The notes: generated from the sequence alone by a model not told the origin. Positions 11,690 to 23,242 are shown, numbered from the stretch's first letter. The stretch is 40,595 nucleotides of DNA from Octopus bimaculoides (GCF_001194135.2 NC_069007.1:4439207-4479801); one strand, 5' to 3'. Translations and numbers: made by a program.

Positions 11690-12595
11690 AGTTATAAGCT
11701 GAACAATTAGAGGAAAAGATAAAAAGCTCATAGTTCCGCCATGAGAGAAGCCTAGAGTTCTCTGGATTCAATTTTGGCTAAAAGTGATTCCAGCTCCAAT
11801 GGATATTTTCAGCGGAAATATTAACATAATTGCAACAAAGTTATTAGCTGAATAATACGAAGTTCATAGCTCCATAACAAATGAAGTCTATAGGTCTTTT
11901 GATTAAATTTTGGTTGTGATTCCAATTCCAATGGATGTTTTCATAGGAAAGATTAACATAATTGTAACAGAGTTATTAGCTGCATAATTGTGGAGATGCA
12001 ATGGCCCAGTGGTTAGGGTGTGGACTCGCGGTCATAGGATCGCGGTTTCGAATCCCAGACCGGGCGTTGTGAGTGTTTATTGAGCGAAAACACCTAAAAG
12101 CTCCACGAGGCTCTGGCAGGGGATGCTGGCGAACCCTGCTGTACTCTTTCACCACAACTTTCTCTCACTCTTTCTTTCTGTTTCTGTTGTACCTGTAATT
12201 CAAAAGGGTCAGCCTTGTCACACTGTCACGCTGAATATCCCCGAGAACTACGTTAAGGGTACACGTGTCTGTGGAGTGCTCAGCCACTTGCACGTTAATT
12301 TCACGAGCAGGCTGTTCCGTTGATCGGATCAACTGGAACACTCGACGTCGTAACCGACAGAGTGCCAACCATCACCAGCTGCATAATTAAAGAAATGAAT
12401 AACAAGCTCATTCCTCCGTCATAAGCGAAGTCTATAGTTCGCTGAAATTAAATTTTGGTTAGAAATAATTCCAGTGCCAATGGACCTTTCAGCAGAAATA
12501 TTAACAAGTTATTAGTTGAATAATTAAAGAAACATTCAACAAGCTCATAGTTCCGACACAAGTGAAGTCTGTAGGTCTTTCGATTGAATCTTATC
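11690..12595. repeat. Degenerate ~137-150 bp tandem repeat (~4 units), interrupted by an S2 SINE
   Basis: Motif AAGCTCATAGTTCC recurs at 11724, 11860, 12404 and 12541, along with GAAGTCTATAG, AATTTTGG, TTCCA..CCAATGGA and TTAACA...AGTTATTAG.TG.ATAAT. Confidence 0.85.
11990..12376 (+). mobile_element. S2 SINE, full length, 12-bp TSD
   Basis: Perfect TSD AGCTGCATAATT at 11978-11989 and 12377-12388. Confidence 0.95.
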
Positions 12596-13656
12596 TCGGA
12601 TATTACCCCTCGATGGAAAGGCATGCCAGTGTAAGTAAAAATAGCGTCATAGTGACGTTGTTCACTTTACTAGTTTGGGTAGACATAAATTTAAGCGTCC
12701 TCCATTACATTTCAGGAAAATTGTTTATCAATAAATATACATTATTCGCGAATATATATAGATGATTAACGCGACGCGTGCGTAAAGTGCACAGCTGTAA
12801 AACACTAAATTTTCGGGTTGCTATCTACAATTGAAATAATACTACCAAAGTATCAATGAAATTATCCTGATGGAAATGTCGATATATGTGCAATGGACAG
12901 AAAATACAAAATTTCGAATGATTTTATAGTGTTGTGTTTAATAACTAAAGATTTGTAAACCTCACAGAGTATGTGATAAGCAATTGAAAGCAAATTGAAA
13001 GCGTGCAAAAAGAACGTTATGCCCGCACGAAAGATTTTAAAGACGTGTACTTTATGTGATTGATGCAACACGTGACCATTACGCAGCGCCGCCTTCAGGG
13101 AATCTATCATGATAGTGTCTGGGTCGAACTTGAATATTCCATGGTCGTCTGTTAATTTTGGTGCGGTCAGAGTACGTATGTATGTATGTATGTATGTATG
13201 TTTTCATGCATGTGTGTGTATACACACACACATATGCACACACACGCATATACATATGTTTATATATATATATATATATATATATNNNNNNNNNNNNNNN
13301 NNNNNNNNNNNNNNNNNNNNNNNNNNNNNNNNNNNNNNNNNNNNNNNNNNNNNNNNNNNNNNNNNNNNNNNNNNNNNNNNNNNNNNNNNNNNNNNNNNNN
13401 NNNNNNNNNNNNNNNNNNNNNNNNNNNNNNNNNNNNNNNNNNNNNNNNNNNNNNNNNNNNNNNNNNNNNNNNNNNNNNNNNNNNNNNNNNNNNNNNNNNN
13501 NNNNNNNNNNNNNNNNNNNNNNNNNNNNNNNNNNNNNNNNNNNNNNNNNNNNNNNNNNNNNNNNNNNNNNNNNNNNNNNNNNNNNNNNNNNNNNNNNNNN
13601 NNNNNNNNNNNNNNNNNNNNNNNNNNNNNNNNNNNNNNNNNNNNNNNNNNNNNNNN

Positions 13657-13970
13657 AAATTAACGTGCAAGTGGCTGAGCACTCCACAGACACGTGTACC
13701 CTTAACGTAGTTCTCGGGGATGTTCAGCGTGACACAGTGTGACAAGGCTGACCCTTTGAATTACAGGCACAACAGAAACAGGAAGTAAGAGTGAGAGAAA
13801 GTTGTGGTGGAAGAGTACAGCAGGGTTCGCCACCATCCCCATGCCAGAGCCTCGTGGAGCTTTAGGTGTTTTCGCTCAATAAACACTCACAACGCCCGGT
13901 CTGGGAATCGAAACCGCGATCCTATGACCGCGAGTCCGTTGCCCTAACCACTGGGCCATTGCGCCTCCAC
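13657..13970 (-). mobile_element. S2 SINE (3' end lost in N-gap)
   Basis: Near-identical to the other S2 copies from the GTGGAGGCGCAATGG head to the gap. Confidence 0.93.
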
Positions 13971-14089
13971 TGCATATCATTATTATACATCTAATAAACT
14001 GACCTGCCACCGTCTGTTGTCATTCTAGATTGAAGGAATCGGTTGCAAGGCGCTACTATATACTACTTGTTACAGATGACTATTTTGTA

Positions 14090-14740
14090 GGGAGCTCGCT
14101 ATGCGATAAAGTTTTGTAGGAAACTGGGTAAAAATACTTATGACTTATGAAATGCCCTAGAGTATGTATGAATGAGCTTTTTCGCTGGCAAAGTAAGTTC
14201 AAGGACCCTGAAGAGGAAGTGAGGGACGATGAAAGGTGTGCAGGAAAGATGGAGGACAGAACATCAGAGCTGGTTGAGAAAATCTGCCCTTTTCTGGATG
14301 AAGGTCATTGTGTTTCTTTAACGATAACATGCTTACTGTTTGGAGTTGGAGTGTCAACTGTACGCAGAGTTATTCGTGAAGATCAGAACGTGCACAAAAT
14401 TTGTGCAAAGTGTGTTTCAAAGGTACTCAGTGGCGAGTTTTCTGGCAACAAGCTACTTGACAGAGATGGGCATCAGAATTGTCCCTTATCCTCCCTACTA
14501 TTCAGACCTTGCTCTCTGTGACTTTCGGTTGTTGCCTGAGGGGACAGTGGCTTTAAAGATGGAGGTTGTGACGAAGGGTCATAGACGCTTTCATGTGGCC
14601 TTCATGAAGTGGCTGGAGTGTTACAAGAAGCGTTTTGAAGCCAGAAGATTCTACTTTCAAAGAGATTAGAATTTTGTCCTTCTATGAAATTAATAAACGT
14701 CTCTCCTCAAAATGTTCGAATCTTCTGGAAAACACGTAGC
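14090..14740 (+). mobile_element. Mariner-family transposon relic with internal deletion of the catalytic core
   Basis: RYAIKFCRKLGKN / LFRWQSKFKD...VRDDER / VSTVRRVIRED..VHKICAKCVSKVL (degenerate WVPxxL) joins directly to LTEMGIRIVPYPPYYSDLALCDF (YSPDLAPxD motif) and AFMKWLECYKKRFEARRFYFQRD*. Possible degenerate TIR at ~14717-14739. Confidence 0.85.
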
Positions 14741-14770
14741 AAAAGCCTGTTCAATAAAACAGTTGTTTTA

Positions 14771-14842
14771 TTACTGCCTCGAAGTGGATTACTGCCTCGA
14801 AATGGATTACTGCCTCGACACAGGTTACTGCCTCGAGAATTT
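14771..14842. repeat. 18-bp tandem repeat x4 (constant TTACTGCCTCGA + 6 variable bases)
   Basis: Units at 14771, 14789, 14807 and 14825. Confidence 0.95.
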
Positions 14843-15759
14843 AAATCGGGAGAGCAAGGAGGCCAAATGTTAGAGGTAACGTGACCATGAAAATTTCTCG
14901 GCTACCCACTCCAAGGTCTTGCAGGTTGTGTGAGAGGAATATAGTCTTGCAGGGACACGTCCGGGCTCTCCAGAGCTACTCTGTCGATTCATTGTCTCGA
15001 TGTACGATGCCGCAATGACCCTGAGAATTTGCGGGTAGAAAACTGTGTTATGGACATCGTTGCTCACAACCCCCACCCCAAGCTCATCACAAATGATTGA
15101 GAGATGGTATACATAACAGTGGGTACTTCAGCGGGGTTGGCACCAATCCAGCAGCCATTCTTCCTGCTCACTTGTTGATAAGGAACATGTTGGGCATCTT
15201 GTTACAAAAACACCAGCACCACCACCACCACGACCACCACCACCACCACCACGACACTACTACTACTACTACTAGCTCACGGTTTTCCCGGATCTTACCG
15301 GACATGAATTCCTCTCTTCTCATAACACAAGATTCGTGCACCACAGGTCCAATCGTTGACTATGACACATGCAAAATAGTAGGCAGTGGCCCTCATTGAC
15401 TTGCAGGGATTTTCGCTGATGTTGCATTAAACTTGTTGGACGTACTCCGACTAACCTGACATTGCTTAACCATCGGGAATGTATTTTTTTTTCATATGGC
15501 CTCAGACGATACATTCACGCCAGAGGCCAGGAGCCCTTTTCTGTTTTAAAACACGAAGGATCTGATGACATTTAGCAAGGTTGCAATACCAGAATCATTG
15601 TGGTTGGCAACGAAGGAGACGAGAATGGCAGTTCTGTTCATCGTCAGCGTTAACTTCGAAACATCGATATTGGAGCTGAAAAAATGCGAGGATAATTCAT
15701 TAAAGCTTGGGCCACATGTCGTTCTTCGAAATTCTCTTTTCAAATATATAACGCCCCTG
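14836..15759 (-). mobile_element. Tc1/mariner transposon relic of maT (DD37D-like) type; left end intact, 3' end missing
   Basis: TA + CAGGGG left end at 15761-15754. Frameshifted translation: MNRTAILVSF..HNDSGIATLLNVIRSFV / EYVQQV..ISENPCKSMRA / VVHESCVMRREEFMSGKIRENR / QQVSRKNGCWIGANPAEVPTVMYT / GVVSND..FYPQILRVIAASYIE / QD / TLEWVAEKF / HGHVTSNIWPPCSPDLNS. The triad spacing cannot be counted because the third Asp is truncated. Confidence 0.8.
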
Positions 15760-15760
15760 T

Positions 15761-15800
15761 ATGTGTGTGTGTGTGTGTATATATGTATATATACTGTTTA

Positions 15801-15837
<37 letters not shown>

Positions 15838-16090
15838 TTATCTATACGTGTATATATATATATATGTATATATGTGCATATGTGTATATATACACATATG
15901 TACATATATATGTATATACATGTGTATATATATATATATGAATATATATGAATATATGAATATTACACATGTGTGTGTTGGTGTGTGTGTATGTGTGTTT
16001 ATATATATGTATATATACACATGCGTATACGTATGTGTGTGTATGTGTGTGTACGTGTGTACGTGTGTGTGTGTGTGTGATCGTGCATGC
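15761..16090. repeat. Compound (GT)n/(CT)n/(AT)n microsatellite
   Basis: Direct reading. Confidence 0.9.
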
Positions 16091-16094
16091 AGGT

Positions 16095-16300
16095 GCTTCA
16101 TCTAGTGGTTAGGATGTAACACTCTTGATCGTAAGATTGTAGTTTCGATTCCAGGACCGGGCGATGCGCTGTGCTTGTTCTTAAACAAAACACCTCATTT
16201 CACGTCGCTGAAATCTACTCAGAAGGCGAAAATGAGTAATCCTGCGATGGACCGGCGCCCTATCCAGGGGAAAAAATTCACTCCACAGAATCCGGAAACT
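16095..16300 (+). mobile_element. Degenerate S4 SINE
   Basis: CATCTAGTGGTTAGG A-box-like, GTTTCGATTCC B-box-like, internal ATCCTGCGATGGACCGGCGCCCTATCCAGGGG. Confidence 0.65.
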
Positions 16301-16384
16301 TGCCCGCTCATTGATTTCTTTCATATACAGTTTAGAAGTTCGCTTTGCAACTTCATGGTTTTGGCATGTGTGTGCATGTGCATG

Positions 16385-16490
16385 TATCTTTTACTTGTTT
16401 CAATCATTGAACTGCGACCATACTGGAGCACCATGAAGGAGAGTTTAGTCGGAAAAATCGACCTCAGTAGATATTTTGAAGGAGATTGCG
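16385..16490 (-). mobile_element. S1 SINE 3' tip, degenerate
   Basis: TCTTTTACTTGTTTCAATCATTGAACTGCGACCATACTGGAGCACC...TTTAGTCGGAAAAATCGACC. Confidence 0.75.
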
Positions 16491-16744
16491 TGTTTTAATG
16501 TACGTGTGTGTGTGTCTGTATGTGTGCGTGCGTATGTGTATATGTGTTTGTCTATGTGTGTGTGTGTATATGTGTGTATGTGTGTATGCATGTGTATGCA
16601 TGTGTGTATGTATGTCTGTATGTGGGCATGCGTGTCTCTGTGTGCGTGCGTGTGTATGTGTGTATGTATGCACGTGTGTATGTGTACGCGTATGTGTGTG
16701 TAAAGAAGAATAAAAAGGCACGCAATCTTTTATTTCTTATCTTT

Positions 16745-17452
16745 TATCTTTTACTTGTTTCAGTCATTAGACGACGGCCATGCTGGGGCACCGCCTTGCA
16801 AATCTTTTAGTCGAATGAATTGACACCAGTACGTATTTTTTTAAACCCGGTACTCATTCTATCAGTCTCTTTTGCCAAACTGCTAAGTTGCGGATGCGTA
16901 AATACACTAGCACCAGATGTCAAGCAACGACGGGGTACAAACACAGACACAAAAACACATNNNNNNNNNNNNNNNNNNNNNNNNNNNNNNNNNNNNNNNN
17001 NNNNNNNNNNNNNNNNNNNNNNNNNNNNNNNNNNNNNNNNNNNNNNNNNNNNNNNNNNNNNNNNNNNNNNNNNNNNNNNNNNNNNNNNNNNNNNNNNNNN
17101 NNNNNNNNNNNNNNNNNNNNNNNNNNNNNNNNNNNNNNNNNNNNNNNNNNNNNNNNNNNNNNNNNNNNNNNNNNNNNNNNNNNNNNTAGCAGAAGACATT
17201 TACCCAAGGTGGCGCGCAGTGAGATTGAACCCGAACTATTGGTTGGGAAGCAAATATATATATATATATACACGTTTATGTATGCGTATGTATCTTTCAG
17301 CTTACGAACGTCTTCCACAGTCTCCGTCCACCAAATTCATTCACAAGCAATTGGTCAGCCCACGGGCCTAGTGTTGCAACGCGCCTTGAAACTGACCCCG
17401 GAATCACTTGGTTGCAAAGCTAGCCTCTTATCCACACAGCCATGCCTATGCA
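16745..17452 (-). mobile_element. S1 SINE cluster: one gapped copy plus a second 5' part
   Basis: 3' end at 16745-16960, N-gap, core/head at 17187-17247, and a second core/head at 17295-17452. Confidence 0.8.
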
Positions 17453-17454
17453 CA

Positions 17455-17461
17455 TGCATAT

Positions 17462-17511
<50 letters not shown>

Positions 17512-17780
17512 GGGTGTGTGTGTACAGATATATGCATACGTGTGCAAGTGTGTATAATAATGTGTAATATATGCATCTGCTGCAATGTAATATGCAGCAA
17601 AAATGCTGTGGTGGTGCATTTGGCACACCAGAAGATATAAGCAAAACAGAGACAACCACAACAGCAACAACAACAAACAAGTGAAGAAAAAAAAACAAAA
17701 GTAAAAGCATAAAACAAATACAAATGAAGACCCAGACAGAATCCAACAAGCAACGGTATTAATGATTATTGAAGTTTGCG

Positions 17781-17811
<31 letters not shown>

Positions 17812-17961
17812 ATAGGAATGTATATGCATATATGTCTATGTGTATGCGTATGTGTATGTTTAAGTATGTGTGGGTTGCATGTCTGTATATATATGTGTGT
17901 GTGTGTGTTTATATATATATATACATATATATGTATGTATGTATACACAAGCACATATATA

Positions 17962-18057
<96 letters not shown>

Positions 18058-18274
18058 CATTTACGCAGACACACACATGTGTATATATATATATGTTTAT
18101 ATATATATATATGTGTGTGTGTATATATGTATACACATATCTATGTATATACATATGCATATATATGTGTGTATACGTATGTATATATATATATATATAT
18201 ATATGGGCGTATATATGTATATATATATATATGTGTGTATATATGTATATATATATGTGTGTATACATACATAC

Positions 18275-18317
<43 letters not shown>

Positions 18318-18783
18318 AAATCTAACATTCACGCACCCCACACACATATGCGTGTACAAGCATTGTAGATGCATAAACAGACTTGCACACGTCGGAGTAT
18401 ATACACTTTCACACACACACATACACACATATGTGTTTGTATAAATTTGTGTAGGCATACACATATATGCATGTGTGTATGCGCAGAAATAAATTACAGG
18501 GCAATTTGCAAGGATCTTCATAAGTTTATATATGTGCATATATATATATATGTGCATATATATATATATGTGCATANNNNNNNNNNATATATATATATAT
18601 ACACAGACACACAATTATACACATACATAGATATACATAAATACATACACACACATGCTCATAGATATATGCATAAATCCATGAACACACAGACACACAC
18701 ACAGACACACACTTATGTATATGCAGAGATGGAGGCAGACATCCGAGGAGAGACTATGAGATAGAATAAGAGTAAAACCCAAT

Positions 18784-18822
<39 letters not shown>

Positions 18823-18900
18823 TGGGGAGAGAGACAGAGAGAAGGAGAAGAGAGTGGGAGGAGAAATATAGTGAGTGAGACGAGAGGGAGAGAGATGAGA
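17455..18900. repeat. Microsatellite field: (AT)n, (GT)n, (AC)n, (GA)n
   Basis: Direct reading. Confidence 0.9.
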
Positions 18901-18906
18901 AAGAGA

Positions 18907-18940
<34 letters not shown>

Positions 18941-19865
18941 GCGGGAGGAAAGACAGTGATTTTTTTTTCTCTTCTGTGCATGAGTCATCCATTCGTTGCT
19001 ATCCCATCAGTTTCAAAACTGTGCAGACATCAACTGCAACTGCAACAACATTACTTGTGGCTGTAGTAATCAGAGTGGTAGCACTAGTTTTGCGCGTGGT
19101 AGTTGTGGTAATAGTAAATTTTAACAGCAGCGTTNNNNNNNNNNNNNNNNNNNNNNNNNNNNNNNNNNNNNNNNNNNNNNNNNNNNNNNNNNNNNNNNNN
19201 NNNNNNNNNNNNNNNNNNNNNNNNNNNNNNNNNNNNNNNNNNNNNNNNNNNNNNNNNNNNNNNNNNNNNNNNNNNNNNNNNNNNNNNNNNNNNNNNNNNN
19301 NNNNNNNNNNNNNNNNNNNNNNNNNNNNNNNNNNNNNNNNNNNNNNNNNNNNNNNNNNNNNNNNNNNNNNNNNNNNNNNNNNNNNNNNNNNNNNNNNNNN
19401 NNNNNNNNNNNNNNNNNNNNNNNNNNNNNNNNNNNNNNNNNNNNNNNNNNNNNNNNNNNNNNNNNNNNNNNNNNNNNNNNNNNNNNNNNNNNNNNNNNNN
19501 NNNNNNNNNNNNNNNNNNNNNNNNNNNNNNNNNNNNNNNNNNNNNNNNNNNNNNNNNNNNNNNNNNNNNNNNNNNNNNNNNNNNNNNNNNNNNNNNNNNN
19601 NNNNNNNNNNNNNNNNNNNNNNNNNNNNNNNNNNNNNNNNNNNNNNNNNNNNNNNNNNNNNNNNNNNNNNNNNNNNNNNNNNNNNNNNNNNNNNNNNNNN
19701 NNNNNNNNNNNNNNNNNNNNNNNNNNNNNNNNNNNNNNNNNNNNNNNNNNNNNNNNNNNNNNNNNNNNNNNNNNNNNNNNNNNNNNNNNNNNNNNNNNNN
19801 NNNNNNNNNNNNNNNNNNNNNNNNNNNNNNNNNNNNNNNNNNNNNTATATATATATATATATTAT

Positions 19866-20023
19866 ATACGACGGGCTTCTTTCAGTTTCCGTCAACCAAA
19901 TCCACTCACAAGGCTTTGGAGGCTATAGTAGAAGTCACTTGCCGAAGATGCCACGCAGTGGGACTGAACCCGGGACCATGTGGTTGGTAAGCAAGCTACT
20001 TACCACACAACCACTCCTACGCC
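19866..20023 (-). mobile_element. S1 SINE 5' half
   Basis: rc GGCGTAGGAGTGGTTGTGTGGTAAGTAGCTTGCTTACCAACCACATGGTCCCGGGTTCAGTCCCACTGCGTGGC..., ending at the internal (TA)n next to the gap. Confidence 0.9.
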
Positions 20024-20040
20024 GAAAAATAATGATGATG

Positions 20041-20109
<69 letters not shown>

Positions 20110-20315
20110 GCCATTTGTACTAGTAGTAGTAGTATTGCGTGATAGAGTAGCACATGCAATGAAAGTGACACAGGGGTACAAATATACGAAGCCCAGTATA
20201 CCCATCATGTCTACCCGTCTGATAAGGGTACACCAGGCACATACATCACAACCATATTTGCGCGACGTAGTGATCTCATATCAAGATAAACAGCGCATGA
20301 CCTCGCAGGTGGGAG
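20110..20315 (-). mobile_element. Family E repeat, 3' part
   Basis: Reverse-complement homologue of 10555-10700, extending to a CAATACTACT...CAATAATAAT tail. Confidence 0.7.
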
Positions 20316-20328
20316 AAATCAGATATGG

Positions 20329-20632
20329 GACGTTGATCCACATGACCTTACTTCTTACTTCATCGACTAAACAGCTGCGGAATGTCGACCATATGCATCC
20401 TATACTGTCGACCAAAATCTTGTAGGACGTCGATCTACGTCATCTTATTTCGTCAATGAAAATGGTGTCGGCTGTTGACCACATGCTCCTTATCTTGTCG
20501 ACAAAAATCTGGTTGAACGTTGATCCCCGTGATCTTATTTTGCTTACAAAAATGACGTGAGACGCCGATCCACGTGCATCTTGCATTTTCGACCAAAATC
20601 ATGAAGGATGTTGATCTCTATATATCTTATGA
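20329..20632. repeat. Degenerate ~45-bp minisatellite (7 units; continues at ~21419-21490)
   Basis: Unit starts at 20329, 20380, 20426, 20470, 20515, 20561 and 20607. Approximate consensus GACGTTGATCCACRTGATCTTATTTTGTCGACAAAAATC. Confidence 0.85.
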
Positions 20633-20633
20633 T

Positions 20634-21425
20634 ATCCATCCATCTATCCATGTTCGAGGGGAGAGAATCTCCTGGCACCTCATCCATATGGTCCTAACAG
20701 AAACAATCATCCAGCTGAATACCCATGCGTACTCAACTGAGACTATCAATATCAAACAATCATCTCGTTTTCTCATTTGTTGGTCTACTTCTCGACCTCT
20801 GTGGAAGCGCAATGGCCCAATGGTTAGGGCAGCGGACTCGCGGTCATAGGATCACGGTTTCGATTCCCAGACAGGGCGTTGTGAGTGTTTATTGAGCGAA
20901 AACACCTAAAGCTGCACGAGGCTCCGGCAGGGAATGGTGGCGAACCCGGCTGTACTCTTCAACCACAACTTTCTCTCACTCTTACTTCCTGTTTCTGTTG
21001 TGCCTGTAATTCAAAGGGTCAGCCTTGTCACATGATGTGTCAAGCTGAATATCCCCGAGAACTACGTTAAGCGTACACGTCTCTGTGGAGTGCTCAGCCG
21101 CTTGCACGTTAATTTCACGAGCAGGCTGTTCCGTTGATCGGATCAACTGGAACCCTCGACGTCGTAAGCGACGGAGTGCCAACAACAACAACAACCTCGG
21201 CCTCCAGCCCGTTGGCTTGGCTTGATGATTCCACCTTGCGAATTTTTGTCTGCGACATTCTAAACATGACCGTAATACCAGAGCTGTGAGGTCTCAAGAC
21301 AAAGAAATAGCTGCTCGTCGTGGAGAGACTCTCTGGGTCCCGAGATTTGTTCCTTGTCAATTAACGTTACTCGAGGGATCTCTCGGGGGAACCCCCACTT
21401 CGGCTGCTTGTATTCGCGATCTTCC
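20634..21425 (-). mobile_element. RTE-clade LINE (Rex3/Expander-like) 3' end, split by an S2 SINE
   Basis: RSRIQAAEVG / RVTLIDK...RESLHDEQLFLCLETSQLWYYGHV / RMSQ / KPTGW | SINE | RPRSRP..KTR / LS*VRMGIQ / ILSPR. Ends in an ATGGATAGATGGATGGAT (GATG-type) tail. Confidence 0.78.
20801..21195 (+). mobile_element. S2 SINE, full length, (AAC)n tail
   Basis: Imperfect 10-bp TSD CTCGACCTCT (20791-20800) / CTCGGCCTCC (21196-21205). Confidence 0.93.
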
Positions 21426-21839
21426 TTTGCCGACAAAAATCACGTGAGACATCATCCACATGTAACTCGTATGGTCGGTCTAAAACATTAACCGTGCCTC
21501 TCTCTGAAAAAATGTAAAATTATTGTAGCTGAGTCCCGCCATTTTGAAACTGTTATCATGAAGACATACGACTAATCACAACCTAGCCGTGACCACGCCG
21601 TTAATTTTCTTTTCGGGCAGTTTATCTTTTGGCTAAATAACATATTCAGTAAAAATTTTGCTTTCTCAGATCCTACAAGAGAATTCAATAAGAAAAATGT
21701 TCTCAAAAACGAAAGAAAAAAAAACAAAAAAAAAAACAAGACGACGACGACGACGACGACGACGACAGTAACAACAAAAACAACAAAAAGCAAACAAGAA
21801 TGCCATCACTACAGGACATTTTGAAGATATGAAATTATC

Positions 21840-22167
21840 CATNNNNNNNNNNATATATATAATATACATACATATATGCATAATACATACTGATACAGTA
21901 TCTCATATACATATATATATATACATATATATTAATATGAGTGTGTATGTATGTATGTATCTATATATGTCTACATATATATATATATAAATATATATGT
22001 ATGTATGTGTGTTTGTGTGTGTGTGAGTGTGTGTGTGTGTGTGTGTGTGCGTGTGTATAACGTAACTTCAGAAGTTGTGGGCATTTGTGCAGGAACGATC
22101 AATCTTCTTGCTTCTAACTGTCCTGTGCTAGTGTTATATATATATATACATACGTACGTACATGCAA

Positions 22168-22235
<68 letters not shown>

Positions 22236-22565
22236 NNNNNNNNNNATATATGCATATATATGTATGTATACGTGCGTACTTATATATATATATATATATA
22301 TATACATACATTCTTTCATATATACATACATATATACACATACATATATACACATATATACATACATATATACACATATATACATACATATATACACATA
22401 TATACACACATATATAAACATAGACATATATGAACATATGTATAGATATGCATATGTAGGCATAGAATCACTTATATATATGTATGTATATACACACATG
22501 CACACACATACATACACGCAAACATACACACACGATACGCACACACAAGCATATATATATATTAA
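21840..22565. repeat. (AT)n/(GT)n/(AC)n microsatellite field
   Basis: Direct reading. Confidence 0.9.
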
Positions 22566-23119
22566 TGTTTGTTTTTATGTTTACTGTTGTAGAGTACGAG
22601 CTTATTCTGAAACAAGAAGATTGTTGACTTCGAAGTTACTGTCAACAATATACTGTCCAATTTGTGGAACAGATCCTTCAACATCATCCAGATTATTCCT
22701 TTTTTCTATTCTGCTTTTAAATATTGCCAAACATAAAACTTTCCCCCTTTATTATAGTTACAAATAACTGTTCAACAGGAACAATTTAAAAGAAAGTAAT
22801 AGTTGGGCTTCTAGAAACAATAATTTTATAACACATAAGCCTCTATAATCTTCAGATCTAAGTGTATGAGCAAGTGGATGATTCTGGCATTAAGCACAAA
22901 ACATTCTTGGGATGCAATCCACATATTGTGAAGCGTATGTAGTATCGAAAAAAATAATATATTGAATAACGTAGGTAAGTCCATGAATTATTTAAGTACA
23001 AAAGCAGAGTTTTTACAAAATGTTGCCATTTCGACAAATACCTGCTACAGTTTTTGGAAATATACTCCCTCGTCTGATTAAGTTGCTGTGCACTGAAATA
23101 TTCCTAACACCTCCATAAC

Positions 23120-23158
23120 TTTTGATCAAGCATTATGGAATATTCACAGGCAAGAGAG

Positions 23159-23242
<84 letters not shown>

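Noticed and set aside
12620-13150. Unique-looking segment as a promoter or exon (CACGTG, 82-aa minus ORF)
   Set aside because: No recognisable protein, splice pair or promoter evidence from sequence alone.
14771-14842. CRISPR-like constant/variable array
   Set aside because: 12-bp repeats and 6-bp spacers are far too short; eukaryotic context; no cas genes.
15097-15399. 100-aa His/Thr-repeat ORF on +
   Set aside because: Antisense reading of the maT transposase relic plus its internal (CAC)n(TAC)n microsatellite.
20801-20880. S1/S2/S3 heads as functional tRNA genes
   Set aside because: They lack complete cloverleaves and are followed by shared SINE bodies, tails and TSDs in multiple copies.
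22856-22974. 119-bp AG...GTAAGT-bounded coding exon on +
   Set aside because: Stop codons in all three frames.
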